The notes below the pieces were generated by a model. It did not search any database and was not told the DNA's origin. It saw only the letters and a list, made by a program, of their open reading frames with translations. From a virus (taxonomy: Duplodnaviria; Caudoviricetes), in IMG/VR virus record IMGVR_UViG_2622736592_000004, positions 47,726 to 111,725 of that record: a stretch of 64,000 nucleotides of DNA; one strand, given 5' to 3'. Positions 54,514 through 63,445 of this stretch are shown one piece after another (within the stretch, counting starts at the first letter, position 1; every line of letters starts with the position of its first letter). Both the position numbers and the translations under genes were made by a program.

Positions 54514-54584
54514 GCGTCATCGACTCCAGAGGTAGGAGGAGGTTTGCGGGTTCTGGCGGGCTGATTGCCTCTGCCTATGCCCAC

Positions 54585-54700
54585 AGTCTACCCTGAACCT
54601 TAAGGTTGGGCTAGTGGTTGAGCTTAAGGAGTGGCCCGTGTTTGTAACCGCAGCAGCCGAACAGCACGGCGAACCACACGCCGGCCTGTACGATCCCGGC
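54585..54700. promoter_or_regulatory. Divergent promoter/operator, cassette 2
   Basis: Leftward -10 TAGACT (54590-54585); palindrome AACCTTAAGGTT (54596-54607); second CTTAAG (54623-54628); rightward TACGAT-6nt-GTG. Confidence 0.6.
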
Positions 54701-54886
54701 GTGGCGAAGACGGAACGGATCGGTGTCGAGGCCGCCCGCAAGGTGCTCGGGCAGCAGCTCGACAAGGGCAAGGCCGATGGGCTCCACACGATCATCGCCA
54801 AGCGCGGCGCAGACCAAGGGGTGCTAGTCCCGATGGACTGGTATCGCCGAGCTCGTGAAGCCCTCGGTGATCCCACCGACCTGTAG
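54701..54886 (+). CDS. Orphan Phd/YefM-fold protein, copy 2 (61 aa)
   Basis: 'IGVEAARKVLGQQLD...HTIIAKRG...VLVP'; 31/61 identical to copy 1 without gaps. Confidence 0.75.
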   Translation: MAKTERIGVEAARKVLGQQLDKGKADGLHTIIAKRGADQGVLVPMDWYRRAREALGDPTDL

Positions 54887-54890
54887 CAGC

Positions 54891-55163
54891 TCACCGCTCG
54901 GCCCCAGCCTGCGCCAGTTCGGCAGCCCACCCGGCGAGGACACCCGCCCGCTCAGCCAGCCTGCCCACACACGCCGGACACCACGACAACCCGGCCGGCG
55001 GCTGCGCTGGCATCGGATCCAACACCACCGGCTCCGACCGGCGGACACCCCACCCGTGCACACCGCACAACGCGGACCGGCCCGGGAACTTGCCGTCCTC
55101 CCTCATGATGTGCAGCCGGGTCGTTCGCGCAGACTGGTAGCCCCGGTAGAAGGCACGTGTCAC
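54891..55163 (-). CDS. Hypothetical Zn-binding protein
   Basis: 'LH...ALCG...WCPAC'. Confidence 0.55.
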   Translation of the reverse strand: MTRAFYRGYQSARTTRLHIMREDGKFPGRSALCGVHGWGVRRSEPVVLDPMPAQPPAGLSWCPACVGRLAERAGVLAGWAAELAQAGAER

Positions 55164-55169
55164 GGCGTC

Positions 55170-55349
55170 TCACCCCGCCACGGGATCAACGGAGTCGACG
55201 CGGGCACGTACAACGGGTGCCGAGGCCTCGGTGTCCGGCTGCCAGCGGCGGGTCAGCGAGTACCGCCAGGTGCGGCATGGGGAGAACGTGGCGGTGGAGT
55301 CGTCGCCGAGCAGCGACGCATCCCGGTCCGTGACGAGCAGGTCAGCCAC
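55170..55349 (-). pseudogene. Truncated DUF1643-like gene
   Basis: Only the N-terminal 'ATFSPCRTWRYSLTRRW' is present; the NPS-containing core is missing. Confidence 0.6.
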
Positions 55350-55620
55350 GGCCCTCACCTGCCGGCTTGTAATGCACACCCGAGCAGCCCTCAGCACCGT
55401 GAACGTCTCTCACCTCGGCGCAGCCGGCAACCGCGATCGACAGGTGGTCGGAACAGGCGTTGAGGGACACCCAGCCCCAACCTTCTGCCCGACCGACCAC
55501 GTGATGCGCGGCGGGCTGTCCGCATGCTGGCTTGTCGATGGCGGCGGAGTAGGTGCATTCGCCGACCAAGTCTTCGGCGGCTGGAAGTCCCACGAACGCG
55601 CGATCAGCCACGGCGGCCAC
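55342..55620 (-). CDS. Cys/His-rich hypothetical protein
   Basis: Coupled ORF. Confidence 0.5.
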   Translation of the reverse strand: MAAVADRAFVGLPAAEDLVGECTYSAAIDKPACGQPAAHHVVGRAEGWGWVSLNACSDHLSIAVAGCAEVRDVHGAEGCSGVHYKPAGEGRG

Positions 55621-55906
55621 CCCTCACGGCCGGCAGCACTGCCGTCGCGGCCGGCACATCACCCGTGCGGGCGATCACCTGCGTCGGCTGCTCCACCACC
55701 CGGCGTCCCGCACCCCACGCCGGCCCGGCCGACGGAACCCGCACCACACCCACCGCGTACGTCGGCCCCACCTCGGCGACATGCTCGGCGCGCATCCGGC
55801 GGCGAGAAAACCGCAGCCACAGCAGCGCCGCCGCCAACACGATCAGCAGCCCGCCCACGGCGAACCCGACCCAGCCCGGATCCGCGACCGGCACCGGCCC
55901 GATCAC
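55604..55906 (-). CDS. Single-TM protein
   Basis: N-terminal hydrophobic helix followed by RRR. Confidence 0.55.
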   Translation of the reverse strand: MIGPVPVADPGWVGFAVGGLLIVLAAALLWLRFSRRRMRAEHVAEVGPTYAVGVVRVPSAGPAWGAGRRVVEQPTQVIARTGDVPAATAVLPAVRGGRRG

Positions 55907-56196
55907 CGGTCCACCCGCAGCACAACCGTCCGGTCATCCGCCGGGGCACACACATACGAGGCATGCACCGACCCACCCGACCGGGCGGGACGCGGCAACG
56001 GAACCGTGTCCGCCACCTCGCCCGGTTCGCCGTGCTCGACGGCCGGGGGCACCAGACGACCGACCGCCAAGTTCACCAACGCCACCGCGCCCGTCACCGC
56101 CATCACCGACAGCAGCAGCACCGCCTGCCACCAGTCGGCCAGCAGCGGCCCAAACAGCCACCAGGCGGCCTCAAGGGACGTGTCACCGTCGATCAC
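55903..56196 (-). CDS. Membrane protein
   Basis: Hydrophobic 'WWQAVLLLSVMAVTGAVALVNL'. Confidence 0.55.
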   Translation of the reverse strand: MIDGDTSLEAAWWLFGPLLADWWQAVLLLSVMAVTGAVALVNLAVGRLVPPAVEHGEPGEVADTVPLPRPARSGGSVHASYVCAPADDRTVVLRVDR

Positions 56197-56534
56197 CGTG
56201 TCTCCTCCGGGCGGGTGTGGGCGCGCACCTGCGCCGCCACGTCGGCGGGCATCCGGGCGGTGAGCGCATGAATGGCGGTGAGGCGTCCGTTGAATTCGCC
56301 GACGAGTCGGGTGCGGTCGTCGACCAGGCGGAGCGCGTCGAGTCGGAGTGCGTCGGCGCGTTCGGCGTCTTGGCGTGCGAGGTGCAGTTGCTGCCGCAGG
56401 TCGTCGGCTGCGGCGTCCCGTTCGGCGACGGCCTTGCGGGCGTCGCCGAGCTGCTGTTCCAGGTCGACGACGATGCCGTGGAGGGCGTGCTGGTTGGACA
56501 GCCACACCTTCACCCGCTGCCACCACCGCCTCAT
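56193..56534 (-). CDS. Coiled-coil protein
   Basis: Heptad pattern; coupled. Confidence 0.55.
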   Translation of the reverse strand: MRRWWQRVKVWLSNQHALHGIVVDLEQQLGDARKAVAERDAAADDLRQQLHLARQDAERADALRLDALRLVDDRTRLVGEFNGRLTAIHALTARMPADVAAQVRAHTRPEETR

Positions 56535-57049
56535 CGGGTCGCCTTCCGTGATTCGACGAGCGGCATCCACGCCGTCCTGTCGGGGTCGTTGGCGTGGGCG
56601 CGCAGTTCGGCGGCCATCCGGTCGATGTCCTCGTAGGTGGGCCGGGAGATGGCTTTGGCGCGTCCGGTGGCCACGGTCGGGTTGCTGCCGGCGTACCGCC
56701 CGTTGACGACTGGCCACACGTCGGCGGCGGCGTCGGCCGGTGGGGCCGGGATGTCGTCGGCGGTGGTGGCCTCCGGTGCGGCGGCAGGCCGGGGTGCGAC
56801 AACACCCGCAACCCACACGCGGGCGGCGGTCAGCAGCGACGGACGGGCGGCGGCACGATGCTGGGCGACGGCCGACGTGCCCTGCCAGCGGCGGGTGTCC
56901 GCCAACACGGCGGCGTGCACGCGTTCGGTTCGGGCGTTCTCGGCGCGGTGCTGCCGCCAGTCTCCGACGATCCCGGCAGTGAGCAGCACCAGTGCCGTGG
57001 TGAGTCCGACGGCCACCCCGAACATGGCGAGCTTGTCTCCGGCGCTCAC
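56531..57049 (-). CDS. Single-TM protein
   Basis: N-terminal 'LAMFGVAVGLTTALVLLTAGIV'. Confidence 0.55.
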   Translation of the reverse strand: MSAGDKLAMFGVAVGLTTALVLLTAGIVGDWRQHRAENARTERVHAAVLADTRRWQGTSAVAQHRAAARPSLLTAARVWVAGVVAPRPAAAPEATTADDIPAPPADAAADVWPVVNGRYAGSNPTVATGRAKAISRPTYEDIDRMAAELRAHANDPDRTAWMPLVESRKATR

Positions 57050-57282
57050 TGGGTGACCTCCCCGTGCGCGGCGGCGATCCGGCGTCCGGTTTCGGCCACG
57101 TCGTCGAGGTCGGCGACGATGCCCCACCACTGCTCGGTCTCCCACACCTGCGGCGACTTCGGATTCCGGAGGGCGTAGACGAGTCGCCACCACCGCCAGT
57201 AGTCGACGGTGAGAACGACGGAGGTGAGGACGAGTAGGGCGAGCACGACGGCGAGGGAGATCAGGTCGGCGTTGCCGGTCAC
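57046..57282 (-). CDS. Single-TM protein
   Basis: 'LISLAVVLALLVLTSVVLTV'. Confidence 0.6.
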   Translation of the reverse strand: MTGNADLISLAVVLALLVLTSVVLTVDYWRWWRLVYALRNPKSPQVWETEQWWGIVADLDDVAETGRRIAAAHGEVTQ

Positions 57283-57539
57283 AGGGGCACCGCCCAGCGT
57301 GTCGACCGGTTACGGGTGCTGTCGTCATGGCGGGCGGTGTTGGTGCGCGGCACATACCTGCCCTGCACCCGGCACGGCGGCAGCGGCACCGTGTCCGCGT
57401 CCACCGGCGGGCGGGGCTTGGCGAGCATCACGTCCGGCACCCGAACCACGCCGGTGTTGTTGCTGCCGGAGTTGCGGGCTTTCGCCGCGCGGGTTGCGGC
57501 GTGCAAGATGCGGGCCGCGAAACGGTCGAGCAGATCCAT
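57279..57539 (-). CDS. Hypothetical protein
   Basis: Starts MDLLDRFAARIL; coupled. Confidence 0.5.
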   Translation of the reverse strand: MDLLDRFAARILHAATRAAKARNSGSNNTGVVRVPDVMLAKPRPPVDADTVPLPPCRVQGRYVPRTNTARHDDSTRNRSTRWAVPL

Positions 57540-57648
57540 GAGGGGTTTGGCTCCGATCCTGAGGCGGGGACGAGTTAGGGAGTGGTGGGAGGCGGGGCCA
57601 CCCCCGCCGCCGAGGTGGCAGCGGGGGTGGTCAGCAGGCGGTGGACGA

Positions 57649-57819
57649 TCACCGAGCGGCCCGCCGGTCGTGGGCCTCTGCCAGTTCCAGCAGGGCCGCC
57701 TCGATGCGGTCGTGGTCGGCTTGCTCGGGGGCGTGCGGCGAGTCGACGGAGCGGAGGAATTGCCGGATCTGGTCGGCCGCGATCTGGTGGGCCTCGCGCT
57801 TGGCTGCTCGGGCGTCCAC
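57649..57819 (-). CDS. Small helical protein (56 aa, not in the ORF track)
   Basis: GTG GAC GCC... reads MDARAAKREAHQIAADQIRQFL...RAAR*; SD GGAGGG; followed by a hairpin at ~57597-57631. Confidence 0.5.
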   Translation of the reverse strand: MDARAAKREAHQIAADQIRQFLRSVDSPHAPEQADHDRIEAALLELAEAHDRRAAR

Positions 57820-57822
57820 CGG

Positions 57823-58005
57823 TCAGCCCTCCCGCGCGGTGGAGGAGAAACCGGCGTCAACGATCTCGCGGGTGCCGACGGCCAGCGACTCCCACCGGTC
57901 CGTGCTCCCCGCAATCCACGCCCGGGCCTCCGCCACCTCAACCGGGGCGATAGGAATGTCCCGCGTCCGGTGCGGGGTTCTGATCCGCAACACGAGGGCA
58001 GTCAC
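57823..58005 (-). CDS. Hypothetical protein
   Basis: GTGA-coupled. Confidence 0.5.
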   Translation of the reverse strand: MTALVLRIRTPHRTRDIPIAPVEVAEARAWIAGSTDRWESLAVGTREIVDAGFSSTAREG

Positions 58006-58265
58006 GCCGCCACCTCGTGCCGCACTGGCGGGCTCGCGGCGTCCTCCAGCCACGACACCTCAGCCGACCCGTCCCGGAACGGCACATCCGCGTCGGCGCA
58101 CGCACCGAACGGGCAGCCGTGCTGAGGCACCGGGTGGGCAAGGTTGTGGGCGTGGATGTTGACGCCGTGCGCGATGGCGGCCACCAGGCCGGGAGTCCAC
58201 GCCATGTCGTCGGAGGGGCCCGGCAGCACCCGAGAGGTGGGCGGTATCGTCGTGTTGGTTGTCAT
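58002..58265 (-). CDS. Hypothetical protein
   Basis: SD GAAGGA; starts MTTNTTIPP. Confidence 0.55.
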   Translation of the reverse strand: MTTNTTIPPTSRVLPGPSDDMAWTPGLVAAIAHGVNIHAHNLAHPVPQHGCPFGACADADVPFRDGSAEVSWLEDAASPPVRHEVAA

Positions 58266-58348
58266 CGTGGCGGTTCCTTCCGTCGGGGGAATTGGTTGCG
58301 GGGCAACCTGCGAGCGCCGCCGGCCGGAATCCGGGGGCGCTCGTCCGT

Positions 58349-58564
58349 TCAGGGGGCAGGCAGGATGGGGCCGGCGGCTGCATGTCCTACCGGCCCCACC
58401 GCCTCCCAATGCCGCCTCACGGCGGACGACTTGGCGCGGCGGGCGAGCAGCGCGTCGGCGTGCTCACGGGTGGGTGCGAACACGGGGAAACCGTCGGCGG
58501 CCAGGCGCACCGCGAAGCCGCCCGACAGCAGCCGGGACACCGAAGGCAGGGCAGGGGCGGTCAT
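58349..58564 (-). CDS. Hypothetical protein
   Basis: ATGA-coupled to the antirepressor. Confidence 0.5.
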   Translation of the reverse strand: MTAPALPSVSRLLSGGFAVRLAADGFPVFAPTREHADALLARRAKSSAVRRHWEAVGPVGHAAAGPILPAP

Positions 58565-59397
58565 GCGGCGGCCTCGCCGTCGATCGGGTGCTTCATCAGC
58601 AGCCGCCGGATCGCCACCTTCCCCACCGGCAGCACATACAAAGTGGTGGCCATCTGCCCGTTGTGGAGGCGCGGCGCGTTCGGCTGATCCACCGGCCGAA
58701 ACCACGACCGGTACTCGCCGTAGGCCAGCCACTCGTACTCGGGCAGCAGACGCTGCTGGGTGTTCGACCAGCGCTGCCCGACGGTCTTGCGGTAGATGAC
58801 CTTCCGGTCGACCAGCCACGCCCGTAGCGCTTTCTCGCCTACGCCGAGCTGGGCGGCGAACACGCGGAGAATCGACGAGTCCTCGTCGGGATTGACGAAC
58901 CCGTCTACGTACTCGGCTTTCGGGGCAGCGATGGCAAGCTGCGACTCGGCGGCCTCGGCGCGAGCCAGGGCGGCCCGCTTGTCCTCGATCGCCTTCACGT
59001 AGCGGCGGGCCACCTCCAACTCGTCCAGCTCGCCCTGGGCCTCAGCCTCGCGGGTCTTGACCGCGAAGTACGACTGGGCGGCGGCGATCTCCGGTTTCCT
59101 GGGATCACCGTTCATCGCGGTCAGGTAGGCGGCGAAGCGGGTAAGCCGGTAGTCGGTGCGAGGGGCACCGCCGGTACCTTCTTGCCGGAGCCGGCAAAAA
59201 GCCTGCTCAGAGGATCCGTTGGTGTTTTCGGCGGCGAGTTCGGCCCGTTGGATGGCCTCTTCGAAGCGTCGCCACTGGTCGTAGCCGAGCAGGGGCATGA
59301 GGTCGCGGGCGGACCACCATTCGCTGCCGTCCGCGTCGACGCGGCGGATAGCGGCGAACGGCGTAGCCGTCGTGGGGGTGTGGGCGAGGTCGGTCAT
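58561..59397 (-). CDS. Antirepressor (Bro-N/DinD-like + ANT/KilA-C)
   Basis: '[16 protein letters not shown]', '[16 protein letters not shown]', 'APKAEYVD'. Confidence 0.85.
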   Translation of the reverse strand: MTDLAHTPTTATPFAAIRRVDADGSEWWSARDLMPLLGYDQWRRFEEAIQRAELAAENTNGSSEQAFCRLRQEGTGGAPRTDYRLTRFAAYLTAMNGDPRKPEIAAAQSYFAVKTREAEAQGELDELEVARRYVKAIEDKRAALARAEAAESQLAIAAPKAEYVDGFVNPDEDSSILRVFAAQLGVGEKALRAWLVDRKVIYRKTVGQRWSNTQQRLLPEYEWLAYGEYRSWFRPVDQPNAPRLHNGQMATTLYVLPVGKVAIRRLLMKHPIDGEAAA

Positions 59398-60158
59398 GCG
59401 GCACGCCCCGGCGAGTCCAGCAGATCGCCAAGCCGAGAGACCCCGGCCTCCTCGATCATGCGAATAGCCGCCGCATGCCGCGCGGCAGTCTCGGCTGTCC
59501 CAGCCATGCCCCGCACCAACAGCTCGATGCGCTGCCGGTGGTCAGCGACCGTCGCGTCACCCCACGACACCTGCCGGCCGTCGCCAAGCGCAAAGAACGA
59601 GGCCAGCAACTCACGGGTGGTCTCCAACCGCACATCACGCGAGATCGTCTCGGTGTAGATGCGCAGGTCTTCCTCGAACGCCTCCCGACGACGCATCCGG
59701 TCGTGCGCCATGACGCCACCCGGATACCAATCGCCCTCGAACATGTGGAGCGCGCCAGGGTCGGTTTCCTGCATGGTCTTGACGGCGCGGAGGGCAGCCG
59801 CATGCCAAGCGGCGAATCGGTCGCCCGCCCACCTCTTGAACCCTTCGCGTACGCGGTGGTTGGAGATGTGCCAGTGCTTCTCCGGGTTGGCGAGCCACTG
59901 CTCGTACAGAGCTTCCTGCCGCGACGGCCCAGGGTCCTCACCGAGGAATCTGGTGGCCTCCTGCTCGGCTTCCCGGGCGTCGGCGCGGCGCATGCGGGCA
60001 ACGAAGTCGGAGATGTGCTCAGCGGCGTACTGCCGTAGCTGCGCCTTGGTGGCGCTGCTGAGGACGTGGTCGGCGATGTCGTCGGGCGTCATGTCCGGCT
60101 TGATGCGGCTGAGTTCGAGCAGGTAGTCGTAGTCCCACAGCGACTGATCGGCGTTCAT
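59394..60158 (-). CDS. Hypothetical protein
   Basis: 254 aa; ATGA-coupled on both sides. Confidence 0.65.
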   Translation of the reverse strand: MNADQSLWDYDYLLELSRIKPDMTPDDIADHVLSSATKAQLRQYAAEHISDFVARMRRADAREAEQEATRFLGEDPGPSRQEALYEQWLANPEKHWHISNHRVREGFKRWAGDRFAAWHAAALRAVKTMQETDPGALHMFEGDWYPGGVMAHDRMRRREAFEEDLRIYTETISRDVRLETTRELLASFFALGDGRQVSWGDATVADHRQRIELLVRGMAGTAETAARHAAAIRMIEEAGVSRLGDLLDSPGRAA

Positions 60159-60463
60159 GCGGCACGCAGTCCGGTGCGGCGGGTGTGCAGCTTCCGGCTC
60201 GCGGCGATCGCGGCGGCGATGTCGTCGTCCTGCGATGGCAGGGCGGGCACCGGCTTCGCTACGCGGGTCGCCCCTTTGGTGCGGGACTCCACCAGCTTCT
60301 GCACCTGGTGCGGGTACATGCGCCGGTGCTGCTTCTCGGTGCCGTCGCCGATGGGGGTGTGTTCGATGCTGCCGTTGCGGCAGCCGCGTTCGATCGACCG
60401 CAGGGACAGGCCGGTCATCGCGGCGACTTCGGGCAGGGTGTAGGGGCGGCCGATGTCGGTCAT
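60155..60463 (-). CDS. Excisionase-like HTH protein
   Basis: 'YTLPEVAAMTGLSLRSIERGCRNGSI'; follows cro. Confidence 0.75.
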   Translation of the reverse strand: MTDIGRPYTLPEVAAMTGLSLRSIERGCRNGSIEHTPIGDGTEKQHRRMYPHQVQKLVESRTKGATRVAKPVPALPSQDDDIAAAIAASRKLHTRRTGLRAA

Positions 60464-60747
60464 GCGGCCGGCTCCAGCACCGTCCGTCGGTCTTCGTCGA
60501 CAGCGCCGAGGTACTGGCGTACCTCGCGGTCGCAGCGGATGAGGCCGGGGTTGATGCCGAGGACTCGGGCCCACGCGTCCATGACGACAGCGGTGGTCTG
60601 CTTGTAGCCGAGTTCGACGTTGTTGATGTGGTTGGTGCTGATGTCGATGCCGTGGGCGCGGATGCCGTCGGCCAGTTGGTCGAGGGTGAGGCCGCGCCAC
60701 TCGCGGAAGGCCCGCAGGCTGACTTGCGGTGGGATCCATCTGGGCAT
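60460..60747 (-). CDS. Cro-like XRE regulator
   Basis: 'LRAFREWRGLTLDQLA...INNVELG'; divergent from the repressor. Confidence 0.85.
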   Translation of the reverse strand: MPRWIPPQVSLRAFREWRGLTLDQLADGIRAHGIDISTNHINNVELGYKQTTAVVMDAWARVLGINPGLIRCDREVRQYLGAVDEDRRTVLEPAA

Positions 60748-60970
60748 GGCGCTATCTTGCGCTAGCTAGCGCTGGAAAGCAAGGGAAAGGTGGGCCTTTG
60801 GGGGTCGCCTGTTCGGTGGACTCGCCTACCCGACTGGCTGGTAACAGCGGGTGTTTGGGGGAATACTCACCTCAGTGAATCGAAGGCTGGGGAGCTTAGC
60901 GATGACCGCACCGACCTACGTGACGCCTGCCCACTGGACCTTTCCCGACCTTTCCGCGAGGATGGCCGGC
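60748..60970. promoter_or_regulatory. Lysis/lysogeny switch region
   Basis: cro promoter TTGCTT-17-CAAGAT-6nt-ATG; palindrome GCGCTAGCTAGCGC (60759-60772); GGAAAG/CTTTCC repeats near both genes. Confidence 0.6.
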
Positions 60971-61402
60971 GTGGCACAGGACCCCGCAGACTGGCAACGC
61001 CTCGGCCGACACATCGTCCGCCGCCGCGAACAGCTCGGACTGACGCAAGCCGCCGTCCACGCTGCGGGCGGACCCTCCACCGCCACCCAACGCAACCTCG
61101 AAAACGGTGCCCAAACCAGCTACCGAAGCAGCCTCCTGCGGCAACTGGAGCGCGTCCTGCGCTGGCCAGACGGCACCATCGACGCGATCCTGGCCGGCGG
61201 CGACCCGCCCGGAGACACCCCCTTCGACGCAACCGTCCTCGCCGAACTGGAGAAGCAGGAACCAGAACTGCGGCGCACCGCAACCAACGTCAACCGCTCT
61301 GAACCCCTCAGGGCATGGGCGCGGGCACTGCTCCACCAGATCGACCAGCTACGCGAAGCCGAACAACGCGAAGTGTCGGAGAACGACCGACGCGCCTCCT
61401 AA
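60971..61402 (+). CDS. Immunity repressor (XRE HTH)
   Basis: 'WQRLG..I..RREQLGLTQ...GGPS..T...LENG...LE..L.WP.G'; start 60962 or 60971. Confidence 0.85.
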   Translation: MAQDPADWQRLGRHIVRRREQLGLTQAAVHAAGGPSTATQRNLENGAQTSYRSSLLRQLERVLRWPDGTIDAILAGGDPPGDTPFDATVLAELEKQEPELRRTATNVNRSEPLRAWARALLHQIDQLREAEQREVSENDRRAS

Positions 61403-62748
61403 GCTTCCTCATCCTCGGCAGCCAACCGGGCGGCGGCCAACCCATCCAGCCGCGCCCGGTGTTTGCCCTTCAACGCATGCCCGTAGATCGTCAACGTCGT
61501 CAACGGCGAAGCATGCCCCAGCCGGTCCTGCACCTCATGCAACTGCCAGCCCGCGCGGATCAGGTCGGAGGCGTGGGTGTGCCGGCCGTCGTGCATGCGC
61601 GGTCGACGCCGCAGCACACCAGGGCAGCCGCACGTCGACACCTCATCCGGACGCAGCTTGCGCCTCGGGCCGCGCGCCGGCTTCGGCGGCGGCGGAGGCG
61701 GGTGCTCGTCGCAGCGCATCGCCTCCGCTACCGCAACCGCCCAATGCCGCCGGTTCAGGTTGTTCTCCGCCCACGTCGGCTCCGCACCCCGCGTCTTCTT
61801 CACCCCAGGACACGGGAAGATCAAATCCCGGGGCCGTTTCCCCTTACACCGAGCTGCCAGAACCTTCGCCACATCCGTCGAAATCGACACCACCCGAAAC
61901 GACTTCGCCGACTTCGGCAACCCGATCCGGCCGCCCTTCTTCAACGCCCGCCGCACCCGCAACTCCGGCTCATCACCCTCAACGGTGATGTCCTGCACCC
62001 GCAGCACCAGCGCCTCACCCAACCGGATGCCCGTGTTGGTGAGCACAAACCACAGATCTTGGATGTGCTCATCGCAGCAGGCGTGGATCCGGTCCACCTC
62101 GCCCGGGGTGAGGAACATGCCCTCGAACGGGACCGCTTTCGGCAGCCCCACCCTGTTCTTGCGCACCCCCGCCGGGCGGGCAGCCGGGTTGCGGGGGATG
62201 AATCGGGGCACCGCCGACCCGAGGACCAGGTGCAGCACCCCGTGGGCGGTCCGCACCGACTGCGCGGAGATCGGCTTCCCGCCCGGGTTGGCTTTCGTGC
62301 GCCGCACCCGGGTCGCCTTCAACGTCTTCACCCATTCCTTGAGCAGGTCCTCGTCGATCTCGTGCAGATACTTGTGCCCCAGATAGGGCAGGATCCGCAC
62401 CTTCACCACCTGCATGTAGCCGGCAAGGGTGTCCGGTTGGATGTCGTCCATGCCGGGGGCGTCCGGGTTGACGGGTTCCCGGCTGGCATGCCACAGCTTC
62501 ACCCAGTCGGCCAAGGTGATCGCCCCGTCGGGTGGGCCGGCGTCCTCACCGAGGATGGCCTGCAACACCTCGGCGCGAGTGATCCTGTGGCTGTGCGCCT
62601 CAACAAGCTTCCGCGCCCGCTTGGCCAACTCGTGGGCGGCGGCCGGCTTGGGCGCGGTGAACGAGGCGGACTGTCGGGCTCCGTCGCGGGAGCCTCCGAG
62701 ACGCCAGGTGACCCGGTAGCTGGAGCCGCGTTTCTCGATCGTGGCCAT
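61399..62748 (-). CDS. int: Tyrosine integrase
   Basis: R (TGIR), K, HxxR (HDGRH), LGH, Y (TIYGH); Cys/Pro-rich insert. Confidence 0.95.
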   Translation of the reverse strand: MATIEKRGSSYRVTWRLGGSRDGARQSASFTAPKPAAAHELAKRARKLVEAHSHRITRAEVLQAILGEDAGPPDGAITLADWVKLWHASREPVNPDAPGMDDIQPDTLAGYMQVVKVRILPYLGHKYLHEIDEDLLKEWVKTLKATRVRRTKANPGGKPISAQSVRTAHGVLHLVLGSAVPRFIPRNPAARPAGVRKNRVGLPKAVPFEGMFLTPGEVDRIHACCDEHIQDLWFVLTNTGIRLGEALVLRVQDITVEGDEPELRVRRALKKGGRIGLPKSAKSFRVVSISTDVAKVLAARCKGKRPRDLIFPCPGVKKTRGAEPTWAENNLNRRHWAVAVAEAMRCDEHPPPPPPKPARGPRRKLRPDEVSTCGCPGVLRRRPRMHDGRHTHASDLIRAGWQLHEVQDRLGHASPLTTLTIYGHALKGKHRARLDGLAAARLAAEDEEA

Positions 62749-62769
62749 GCCCGGACGATAACCCGGGGC

Positions 62770-62875
62770 TGTGACCCCATGGGGTCACAAAGTGCGCCTC
62801 CCGTGTCGTCCGGTGTCGTCTCGTGTCGTCCCAGAACCCTTGCTGAGCAGGGGGTGCAGGTTCCGGTGCAGGTGG
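62770..62875. repeat. Putative att arm sites
   Basis: Perfect 20-bp palindrome TGTGACCCCATGGGGTCACA (62770-62789); GTGTCGTC x3 at 10-bp period (62803, 62813, 62823); GGTGCAGG x2. Confidence 0.65.
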
Positions 62876-62893
62876 TGGCCTTGTTCGGGAACC

Positions 62894-62939
62894 GATTCCT
62901 AAACCGTGTGTCGCAGGTTCGAATCCTGCCGGGGGCACC
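62894..62939 (+). other. att core: 3' half of tRNA-Arg(CCT)
   Basis: TTCCTAA anticodon loop, T-arm GCAGGTTCGAATCCTGC, acceptor GGGGGCACC; no 5' half upstream. Confidence 0.85.
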
Positions 62940-63445
62940 TCGAAGATCAGCAGAAACGCCACCTGAGCAGCGGATACGCCCCCACATCGATTGATCCTCC
63001 TGGGCGGCCGGACATCGCCCGGAACTCCTGTTCGCAGCCGACCCCGCAGAGCGTCTGCAACGATCTTGGTAGCGCGAACGAGCGGTTCGATGCAGATTGC
63101 ACTCGTCTGGGTGCTCCATCCGGTTGAGGATCTTGAGTGCGTCCCGCTGTGGGGTGCCAGTCCTCGATCCCGTCGGATGCGCACCTCAGCCGTGGTGGGC
63201 GGTGGGCTTTGCTGGCGCCTGCGGCGGTGAGCCTGGCGGGTACTGGTCATGGGGGTGGTGTTGCGGCAACGGGACGATGCCAGGGTGGTGGCGTGCAGCA
63301 GGCGCGGTCGCCGGTGGAGTCCGACCGGGCCGACCGGGCCCTCGGCGCGGCGGCCACCGCCGCGTTCGGCGCCGTGCGCGGCGCTGCGGTGGTCCGCGTT
63401 GTCCGAGGGCGTCCCTGCGGCCGTGATGGCGGCCCTTGCAGTCCC

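Larger units (their letters stand above)
1..62939. mobile_element. Temperate siphovirus-like prophage (left end beyond window)
   Basis: Contiguous tail-head-terminase-replication-immunity-integrase modules with ATGA/GTGA-coupled genes, ending at a tRNA 3'-half att core. Confidence 0.95.

Noticed and set aside
62860-62939. Complete tRNA-Arg gene
   Set aside because: No 5' acceptor strand or D-arm upstream of the anticodon loop; it is only the att duplicate
63186-63431. Possible small host membrane ORF
   Set aside because: No convincing frame or start could be assigned
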